NCBI RefSeq assembly: GCF_006345805.1
Contig: NC_043019.1
Span: 26,225,360-26,289,359 of the forward strand
Length of the DNA stretch: 64,000 bases
From: Octopus sinensis
Lineage: Eukaryota
Direction: 5' to 3'
A program made the translations under genes and the position numbers. The first letter of the stretch is position 1. Each line of letters begins with the position of its first letter. This document shows, in pieces, positions 1 to 10,900 of the stretch. The notes under the pieces are model-generated. The model ran no database searches, was not told the origin of the DNA, and saw nothing but the letters and a program-made list of their open reading frames with translations.

Positions 1-1439
1 CAGGAAACAAAATAGTGTTGCCATTGCTTTTGAAATCAACTTTTACAATCGGTAAACAATTACCTTAACAAATACTTTTAAAAAAACATGCAAATTTACA
101 GACATTGGTGCAGGAATATGACATAAACTTGCTGTCAACATCATCATCCACTTCATAATTTTACCATCTACTTTCCAAATGATTGTATGAATCAGTTGAA
201 GCAGAGTTTTCTTTTTTCTTTTTTTTTTTTTTGTTATCCTATGGCCAGATGTCCTTTCTGACACCAAGCTTTGCCAGTTTCCAAGCAAGGCAAAGATTCC
301 CTCCAGCCCCCATCTGTAGAATAATGAACAGCTTAAGACAAACAACCGTATTTGATGGGGGTTTTGTTTACAAAGATTTATATGACATACCAAGAAGCCT
401 GGACATCCCTTCGCAGTAGACTGCGAGCAAAGGACACCGTCTATATGGACAGTGAAGTTATTGCTTTCAGTAAGTGAACACCTGTGAAGACGAGGGGAAA
501 TATATACTCACTCTCTCTCTCTCACCTTTGACTGGTTTCAGTCACTTGACTGCAACCATGCTTTGAGCACCTTGAAGGGGTTTTAGTCAAGCAAATCAAC
601 CCCAGTACATATTTTTTTAAGTGTGCTACTTATTCTATAGGTGTCTTTAGCCAAACCGTTAAGTGACAGGGATGTAAACAAATCCACACAAGTTGCCAAG
701 CACTGGGGAGGCGAGGACACACACATGCAAAAAGAAGCATGCTGGGCATTGGTTTACCTAATTCACTAACAAGGCATTGGTCAACACAGGGCTGAAGTAG
801 AAGACACTGGCCCAAGATGCCACACACTAAAACAATCTAGGGCCATGAGGTTGCAAAGCAAGCTTCTTAATAACAAGCTTCCTCCAGTCACCACTTTACA
901 ATTTCACTCCAAAAGGTATTGATCAACCCAAACCTATATAAAGGAGACCACTCGACAACATCCATATGGTGGGACCAAACCCCCAAGCCACAGGAACTAA
1001 ATTTTTCCAATAAAAAACATTAAGCAGGATTGGACACGCCAAGCTAAGTAAAAATCGCTGTCTGCTACACATACAGGCTTATCCTTTCAGATGCCAGTGC
1101 CACATGAAAAGCACCTGTGCCAGTGTGACGTAAATGCACCCATGCCATTGGCACATAAAATGCCCCCACCACACTTAAGTGGTTGGTGCTAGGAAGGGCA
1201 TCCAGCAACAGAAACCATACTACAACAGACAGTTGGAGTCTGGACAGCACCCAGCTGGCCAGCTTCATGTCAAACCATCCAACCCATACCAGCATGTAAA
1301 ACAAATAAAACAGACATTAAACGATGATGATATACATAACACAAAAAGAATATATATATATATAAACTAAATATGTTGCAATTTTCACAATAAGGAATTC
1401 AAAAGAAAGTTGTATTCACATGCAAAGGTTACTACTTAC

Positions 1440-1995
1440 CCTCCACATTGTTAGCAAGCGTTTCTACAAAGGAATTTACTTCTCGGCTAATTCCCTGGTT
1501 TTTAGATCTAGATTTAGTAGAAAGTGCCTGTGGCTGGTTCACAATTCTAGATAGTGTTTCCAAAGGTTTCAATGTGGCATTGATGGTAGATGCCATGTAC
1601 GGGCTGGAGAGGTCAAGGCTGTGCGGTACACGGGCAAGGTCATTCACTAAACCTCGTTTAATCAACGTTTTCACCACAACATTCATGAGGTTTTGCTGAC
1701 CTTTAAATACTTGATTTGGTACCTGACCAGGTGTAGGGCAAGATTCAATCATTGTGCTGATAATGCCTGTTAAGGCTTGAATACGAAAGTGTTTCTCGGA
1801 ACTTTCAGGAAGATTCAGAGCCCTCTGCAAGGCTGCTTTTACTTCAATAGCTAACTGGGTCTGAGCGTCAGGGCAATGATTGCATGAGGCAATGCTGGCA
1901 ATTAAAACCCTTGATAATGCTGGACAGTCACGGTCTCCAGATGTTTGGCAGGGAGGTAACAACTGGTCAAGAACAAATGCCAACATGTTGCAATT
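1440..1995 (-). CDS. HUWE1: HUWE1 exon (556 nt, 0-1) [13 protein letters not shown]...[14 protein letters not shown]...[14 protein letters not shown]...NNVE
   Basis: ctttcag / gtaagt; strong HUWE1 motifs. Confidence 0.96.
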
Positions 1996-4900
1996 CTGAA
2001 AGAGTTTTAAAAATTCATTATTTAAACAAGTGAAAAATTTTCAAAAAGAGAGTGACAGAGACACAGAGAGTTTTTAATCAGTCTCCCAAGTTTTGGAAAA
2101 ACAAATTTCTTCATCACAAATGTACAAGAATAAAGCTTTTGAAGAGTCGACAAATGGGTGAAGAAGTTTAAGAGGAAAAAAAAAAGCTAATAAAATTTTT
2201 TGAGAAAAATCTTGCATTACAAAAACAAGAAACCTGACTCATTAACACACATTCTTACCATCAATGTTGTCTTCAACAAAATTCCAATTCATCAGCTATT
2301 CTATTAAATTTCTATCTTCCATTTGGTGAACCATAATCTTAGGTTCTAATGGACTGACCACAAATTCACAGTGTCTCTCATGGTTAGACAAGAGAGTGTG
2401 TAAGTTAAAACAGTTTAAATACTACATGTAACTTTTTTTTTTTTTCACTAAGCCCACCAATTAACTAGTAACTTGTTAATCAGTATATTTATACTGTCTG
2501 TGCTTATGCGGGTAGCCTGGTGGTTAGGGTGCTGCACTCAGAATTGCAAGGTCAGTTTTGATTCCCAGGTTGGCAAAGCACCGTGTTCTAGAGCACAAAC
2601 ACTTCATTTCACGTTGCTCTACTCCACTCAATTGTGGGTGGGAAACCATGCAATGGACTGGCATTCCATTTGGCAGAGAGGAATGCTGGCCTGCCTAGCA
2701 AGTGGGATGGCATCATTCAAAAGCTACAACAACACAAGGAAGTGCACTGAGGCCAGCAGTGTATAACATCTGATAGTCTGGTTGATACACTGATACACAC
2801 ACAGAGTTTATGGCCTTTCAAAGTTTTCGCATTAAGCAAAAACCTGAAGCTATAGTAGATGTTTGCCCAAAGTTTCCTGTGATGGGATCAAACCCCTCAG
2901 CTAAATATTGTATCAACAGGTGCTTGGAACTGTCTAAGTCTATCCTTGCTAGAACTAAGCACTTGTATCAAAGTATCAAATGATTAAGCTTTCAACAAGA
3001 CAGTCATCAAATCCCAAAGAGGCAACAGACCACAAATAGCGAAGATTGCCACCAGTACCTTAATCATTTCAGTAAAATAAAATCTGAGTAAATCTAATTG
3101 TTTGAAGACTCACCTCAGTAATAAGTTCACTTTGACCAGCAGTGTACTTGTGTTCTGTTATCAACTGAGTGCATGCACTATAGGATTTCACAATTTCTGA
3201 CAACAGGCGCAGAATGGCCGACTTGGGAAGCAACGGCTTCTGCCCTTGGTCATCAGCAACTGGTTTCTGTTCTTTCCCAGGTTCACTTACATCTTTTTCA
3301 GGGACATCAGGAACAGGCTACAAAAGAAAATTTACAAACATTAAATGAATATAAATGGTGGACAAATGTTTTAACAGAGTGGCAGTTGTGAAACGTATTT
3401 CACATAAAGTCTCTCTATTATACTGAAACAATGCAGGAACATCTATATAGCTATTCTACCTGCTAGAAATAGCAGCCAGTACAGTTTGAAACCAATATGA
3501 TTATTGAAGGTTTGTGGTGGTTAGGATGTTGCACTCATAATCGCTAGATCTTGAGTTCGATTCCCAGACTGTTCAGCACATTGTGTTCTTGAGCAAAGCA
3601 CTTCATTTCATGTTGCTCTAGTCCAGTCAGCTGTTAGTGGGTAACCTTGTGACAAATTGGCACACAAAAGGTGAGACGGTGACTGAGGAAAATCACCTGA
3701 ATGGAGGTCTCATGAGCCACGTTTTGTATTCAGCGACTGAAAGGACACAACCCATACTGAAAATCCCAACTGGTTAGGATTAGTTGCTCAACCACATCAA
3801 GGATGATGAACTGATGTCAATAGTTTGCATTGTTGTTTCCACTTGGGTGACCACATGGAACAGAGAGAAACTAACACAAACAAACAACCTTCTAGTGAAA
3901 CAGCTTCAATGAATTTATAATAAGGGAAACAATAGTACAACTCATCATCATCATTTCACGTCCGTTTTCCATGCTAGCATGGGTTGGACGGTTCGACCGA
4001 GATCTGGGAAGCCAGAAGGCTGCACCAGGCTCCAGTCTGATCTGGCAGCGTTTCTACAGCTGGATGCCCTTCCTAATGCCAACCACTCCATGAGTGTAGT
4101 GGGTGCTTTTTACATGCCAGGTGAGGCTGGCAACAGCCACGATTGGTTGGTGCTTATTACGTGCCACGGCAAAACTGCATTTTTACATCCACCTTAACGA
4201 AGGCATTGTTTTCAGTCGTGTTTGTTTGTTTGTTCGTGGACAAGATATCTCAAGAACCGCTAGATGGATTCGAATAAAACTCCCAGGGATGTTTGGCCTC
4301 GTGACTGGCAGGAACTGATTAGATTTTGGGACTGATCCGGTACCGGACAAGGATTCCTGTTTCTTTACTTTTTTTTTTGAGAACAGTCAGGTTCATTTTT
4401 AGTATTCTCATTTGTAAGAACAGTCCAAGTTTATTTCAGATGTTCTCATTTTAAAAATCACCTCTGGCTAATCACCGAGACGACATTGGTGTTGCCTTGG
4501 CAGAGGTTTGCGCTATCTGAATGCTCTTGTTATTTATATTTACAGTAAATCTCTTTGAAAACTAACATCTCAACTTCTAAACTCTTAAAAAAATTCTCCA
4601 ATACAGATGGCACTTCTCTAGGAATATGTCAATTGGGATTGATTATATGTAAATTTGTTGGTAATCACCATGTGTAATGGGACACTGCTAAATGTGATCC
4701 TTTTTGTGAGCACCTTTGTGAAACTATCCAATTCATACAGACCACTAAAAGAATACAATTTAACTGGACAGCATTCAGATTTCTTTGTCGAATGCATTGC
4801 TTATTTTTTCACATTCATCACTGTTTAATGTCTGCCTTCCATGAGCATGGGTGGGGCAGTTTGACAGGAGCCGGCCAGACTGAAGCCTGCACTAGGCTTC

Positions 4901-7900
4901 TGTGATTTGACAGGGTTTTTACAGATGGATGCCCTTCCTAAATCCCAACCACTCAGAGTGGACCGAGTGCTTTTTACATGGCACTAGCACAGGTGAGATT
5001 AGTTTTGGCAAGGTTTTGACAACTGGATGCCCTTCCAAATGCCAACCACTTCAGTGTGGACTGAATGCTTTTTAAGTGGCACCTTCTCTGACAGGGTCAC
5101 CAAATAACTTGCAAGACAAAAACCATGCATTATTACAAAACTGAGATTTTGATGTAATTGTTTATTTTTAGAATGATATTGACAGGTAAGCATTGAGAAG
5201 CTGGATCTAGCCAGTTTGAACCATAAAAACAAGTAGAATATTTGGGCCAGATATGGCCAGTTTAAATACTAAGGGGTTAAATCAGTTTCTTACCATTGGA
5301 GCAAGGCTAACCGCATTCTGTTCCATCAGAGGTGGTTCGGCATTCAAACTGTTGGATGACAAGTCTGTGGCTAATTCCTGGGTGGCAGATGGAACCTGAC
5401 CAGTTGGTCCTGAAATAAAATTTCAAAATAATTTCAGTCAAATAAGTTTCTATGGAACAAAATCTGAAACCAAGAGAGGGTAAATAGTGTGAGTGTGAAT
5501 CGAGTGTAAATAGTCGAGGGTAGTCTATGCTATATGAATTTGGAGATTTGTAACACATTCTAATAAACCTTTGTCAATTCAACCTTTCAGATTTGAGTTA
5601 CATTGTAGCAAGTAGAATCACTGGATCTTGCCTGAGAGTATATCTCAACAGCCACAGCAATATTTCAAATGTTGACACTTATGTCATCATCATCATCATC
5701 ATTTAATGCCTATTTTCTATGCTGGCATGGGTTGGACAGTTTGACAGGGTTCAGGCTCCACATCTATTTTGGCATAGCTTCTATGGGCTGGGTGCCCTTC
5801 CTAATGCCAACCACTTTACAGAGTGTGCTGGGTGCTTTTACACAGCACCAGCATGGGTGCCTTTTACGTGGTACCAACACTTATAAGCCTGCAAGATTAG
5901 GAATGCTCAGCTGGAGAGGGTTGCAGGGAATAAGCCTGTATGCAAGGGCAACCATGTTTTTACTTAGCTTGTTGGGTCTTTTCAAGCAGAGTAAATCACC
6001 AGGAGTCTCGGTCCTGTTATTCCCTCTGTGTGGGGGTGTTTAATGTGTACATACAGACTTTATAGTAGTCGGTAAGCCTCAACAATACTATATTTACTAC
6101 CAAACATTGTATGATATTCTCAAACACAACTATACTAATTGTCATGCATGTAAAAACAAAAACACAGAAATCTATTCATAAATCCACTGGAAAGTAACAT
6201 CTCCCCCTCTTCACACTCCCTTTCCATGTGGAACTTTGAAAATCTCAATGAGGGTTTGGTTGAAGAGGAAGGTGCCTGCTCTCATTGCTTTTAGTTACAT
6301 CCACCACAGCTCTTTTGTCCTGACCACCAAGCAGATGAATACACTCTTTTGCAGGCAAAGGAATGACTCGGGGGGCCAATAGCCAAATCAGTCCACACAT
6401 GCCATTAGTTCAATAAATCTCCACAAGTCAGTACGGTTTGGACACTGACCGCGGATATGTGCAGTATGGAGTCATTATTCTGCATGCATCTCACATAGGA
6501 ATAGCTGAGCACATGAATAACGAAGAGTAAAAAGCTACTTACTGTCCAGGTCTTCTGTGTTAGTGGCTGGCTGAGAAGAAGAACTTTGGGAATGGCATAG
6601 AATCAATGCATTTAGCAGCTCAGCTACCACCTGTTTCACGACACGCTTCACTGGTGTTGTGGTTGACGATTGTATCGCGACAAATTTCACCATCTGAGGT
6701 GTATTCAGAGCAGCTGATCGTGCTTCATCTTCATCTGAAATTCATAATAACAAATGCAGGAAAATTAGATTAAAAGAATAAGTCCCTAACTTTCCTCCTT
6801 ATCCAATCATGGAGGACAACACATTTATTTCTTTATTGCCCACAGAGGGGACAAACAAGGACAGGCAAAAGAGATTAAGTCGATTACATTGACCCCGAAG
6901 TGCATAATTGGTACTTATTTAATCGACCCCAAAAGGATGAAAGGCAAAGCCGACCTCGGTGGAATTTGAACTCAGAACGTACCGGCAGATGAAATGCTGC
7001 TAAACATTTCGCCTGGCGTGCTAATGATTCTGCCAGTTTGCTGCCCTGACAGCCTCACCCATTACCCATTTTTCTATCTTTAATATACTTTAACCCTTTA
7101 GCATTTAAACCAGCCAAAATATTCTGCCACTTATGCTCAAACTGGTCAGATCCAGCATCTCGCACCTTACCAGATTCAGCCCCTCGTACCTTGTAACTGC
7201 AGATGAGGACCACTCAACTACATTGATGTTATTGTTATTGATGGAGACACACAATATGAATTTGAGGATCTGCTAAAGCTAATGAGAGAGAGATCCCTGG
7301 TGTGGCATGGGAAGATGCACATCAGTTGCAGCCACTTGAAAAACAAATAACTGCATATCAAACTGCAAGCTTTATTTTTTTTATTCCATACCTAAAGCCA
7401 ACTTTACTTAAGATATTAGAGCTACCTCAAAATTTATGTGATTAAAAAAGAAAGTTATAAAACCATTTAAACAATATATAAGTAAATATAAAACTATAAA
7501 GTTCACCCATGCTCAGAGAATTAAATTTTTTTTTACAAAAGATGCTTACAAAATAATATCCCAAAAAGAATGGAAATTGGAATAGTAGGGGGTAACAATG
7601 GATTGTTACAATTTCAAGGATGTTTGACAAGAAGTATGAAACAAAAAGATTTTATCAAGATGGCAAGATGTACTAAATCCTATTTTATAGGATTTAGTAC
7701 ACAGCAAGGAAGACAGCAGAAAGGGTAAACAGCTAGTGCAATACTAATCTGTCAATGTATTCAAAACTAGAAGAATCCAATTGATTTTCTAACAAAGCTA
7801 TACCACTTCAGCTTCTTACTTTTTTTCCTTAGGTTCAAAGCCATCGAAACTATTTCAGGGTAATATTCCTTAAAGTTTTTAACCCTTTAGCATCCGGATT

Positions 7901-10900
7901 ATTTTGTCATGGGTAATTCTTATTTATTCACATTGTTTTGAATTAATCATGTATTTATTATCTTATGGCTTTGAGATTTCAATGATATGATTGTATATTT
8001 TTAGAATGGTATTGTAGAGCAGGTGTGAGAAGCTTGATCTGGGTAGTTTAAATGCTGAAAGGTTAAAGAATTGTTAACAAACAAAACAAAAAGGAAAAAC
8101 AATAGCTAAAGATAGAATAGGTTCCTCACCTCTTTTGGATGGGGGTGGTAAAGCAATACGGAGAGTCTGTTGTGCGATGGCTACAAAAACTTCAGGGCAG
8201 CGACAGGCTGCGGGGCCAAGGATTCGTAATACGTAATGCATTTCTTTAGCACCAGGACTGCTTTGGGCTATTCCACTGATAGGAGATCCAACACCCATCG
8301 ATGCCATTTTTATCACCTACAAACAGAAATACAGAAACATGTAGCTTCTCATACAAAATGTTATTAAGCTCAAAGTTTACAAGAAAAACAAACTATTCTA
8401 ACTGACCTTTTAGGACAGTGGTTTTATTGTACATCAAATAATTCTGAACTGCCATAAATTGGTTCTATATCATGACTAAAACAAACATATTTGTAAATAG
8501 GAGCTTGCATTTAAATTATTAAAAAGCCATGATAAACCGACAAAATTAGAAGTAGATCCAATTCTATATTTTTCAGATAAGGAATTTATATTATGTACAC
8601 AGTTTATTAGTCTAACTCAGGGGTTCCCAACAAGGTCCACGAGTAAATTATAATATGTGGGTCCATATATAAATTTTGTTTACTAGGAGGGGTGCCTATA
8701 TTTGACATTTTCAAGATTTGTATTTGGAATTGATATAATGAATATAACAAAATTGTTTCATTGTTAGTTTTTACTAACCTGCAAACAAATATTTTATTTC
8801 AAAAATTTACATGTGCATATATGGGGTCTACAGATAAGATAGCTCTCAGGGATTCCACAAGTGTAATAAGGTTGGGAACCCCAGTATAACTACTATCTTC
8901 ATCTTGTTTGCTACTTTTACTATGTTTCGGCTGTTGTACACTCCAACCTTCTTCAGATGATTCCAATACAACAACCGAGTTCAACAAAACACTGAAGAAG
9001 ACTGAAGCTTACAACAGAAAAAAGTGTAGTGAAAGTAACAACCAAGATAAGGATACCAGTTCGAATAGTATAAACAGTATTTAAATAGAGCATTGAGAGA
9101 GAGAGAGAAAAATGGACAGCCCCCAAAAAATTTTTCCTCAGAGGGAAAAAAAAACATTTTTTGAAATGAAGCAAATATCAAAAAGCTAGTTCACCTTTTC
9201 CATGCTGTATTTAAGAGCTGACAACTCTTCGAGAATATGTCTAAAGATGAGGGTTACCAAGGATGTGAAGCCTTGGAACAATACTGGCTGTCGTAAATGG
9301 AGCAAAAGTTTTGGCCCACCAAGTTCAGAAAACATCATGGCATATTTATGTTCACGGGTTAGACGGAGAATTAAGCGCAATGCTGCGCTTAAAGTGTTGG
9401 AACCAATCTGTACAGACAACAAGCTCACCATTGATCTAAAGAAATACGAAAGTGTTATGAAATGATATGCAATATCAAATTTTAAAAATACTGTTTGCAA
9501 CAGAAAATTACATAAATTACATTTATCAATAAAAAAAAAATGGTGATGCCTGAAGAAGGCAGAAGAACTAAACTTACAACTATCTCTGATTCCAGTTTAC
9601 TCAGGATAGAACATAAAATTGCATGTACAAATAAACAATAAATCAAAGTGATGCAAGCTTTATTTTTTTTATTCCATACCTAAAGCCAACTTTACTTAAG
9701 ATATTAGAGCTACCTCAAAATTTATGTGATAAAAAAGGAAAGTTATAAAACCATTTAAACAATATATAAGTAAATATAAAACTATAAAGTTCACCCATGC
9801 TCAGAGAATAAATTTTTTTTTTACAAAAGATGCTTACAAAATAATATCCCAAAAAGAATGGAAATTGGAGTAGTAGGGGGTAACAATGGATTGTTATAAT
9901 TTCAAGGAAGTTTGACAAGGAGTATGAAACAAAAAGATTTCATCAAGATGGCAAGATGTACTAAATCCTATTTTATAGGATTTAGTACACAGCAAGGAAG
10001 ACAGCAGAAAGGGTAAACAAATCAAACACTATAAATGGTTTGATAATCAAGATTTAACAAGCCTTTTTTTTTCTGAATAGATAGTGTAGCCATTATTAGA
10101 AAATATGCATACCTTCCCTTCTTGGGACACAAAACTCTACTTGTGAAGACCTGTTGAGGCAAGTGAGGATCAGAATCGAAATCGATCAATGGAAATTGCA
10201 GATGTGTTACCAGTGCCGGTGGCATGTAAGAGAACCATCCATTCATGACCGTTGCCAGCGCCGGCCTGACTGGCCTTGTGCCGGTGGCACGTAAAAAGCA
10301 CCATCCATTCGTGTCCGTTGCCAGCTCTGTCTGGCACCTGTGCAGGTGGCACGTAAAAAGCACCCACTACACTCATGGAGTGGTTGGCGTTAGGAAGGGC
10401 ATCCAGCCGTAGAAACACTGCCAGATCTGACTAGGCCTGATGAAGCCTTCTGGCTTCACAGACCCCAGTTGAACCGTCCAACCCATGCTAGCATGGAAGA
10501 CGGACGCTAAACAATGATGATGAAGTGTTTAATCACACACAAAAACTGATTGAGAAAGAATAGTGGTGGCTGCAACATGACTTTTGGTTATGATTTCTTG
10601 TCAGCAATAACAAAAATCAAGAGTTCAAATTTGACAGCAGTTCTAAGAAAATTATACTTACACAATGACCTTTGAACAACTCTCCTCAGTGAGTCCATGG
10701 ATGACCACTTCTTGCTTCGTCTCTTCAGAAATAGATGGTAAGGGTGGCGGTGGGGGGGAGACTGGGGCGCCAGCTGATGTGTTGCTGCTAGTAGTAGTAG
10801 CAGTAGTACTGCTTATTGCTGCTACAGCACTGGTATTACTGGGGGTGCCAAGATTAGTAGTAGAAGATTCTTGAGAAACCTCAGAGGCAGCTGCAAAATG

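Noticed and set aside
43-419. ORFs at the window start as the next HUWE1 exon
   Set aside because: The phase-1 reading after the candidate acceptor stops quickly, and the sequence resembles decayed repeat tail and poly-T.
2259-2295. 37-nt AG...GTAAGA bounded segment as an extra exon
   Set aside because: Purine-rich acceptor region, and it would break the frame between two exons that already join in phase 0.
3979-4197. Recurrent short ORFs such as MGWTV...[12 protein letters not shown]
   Set aside because: Chance frames in the multi-copy (GAT)n-tailed element; start, stop and frame vary between copies.
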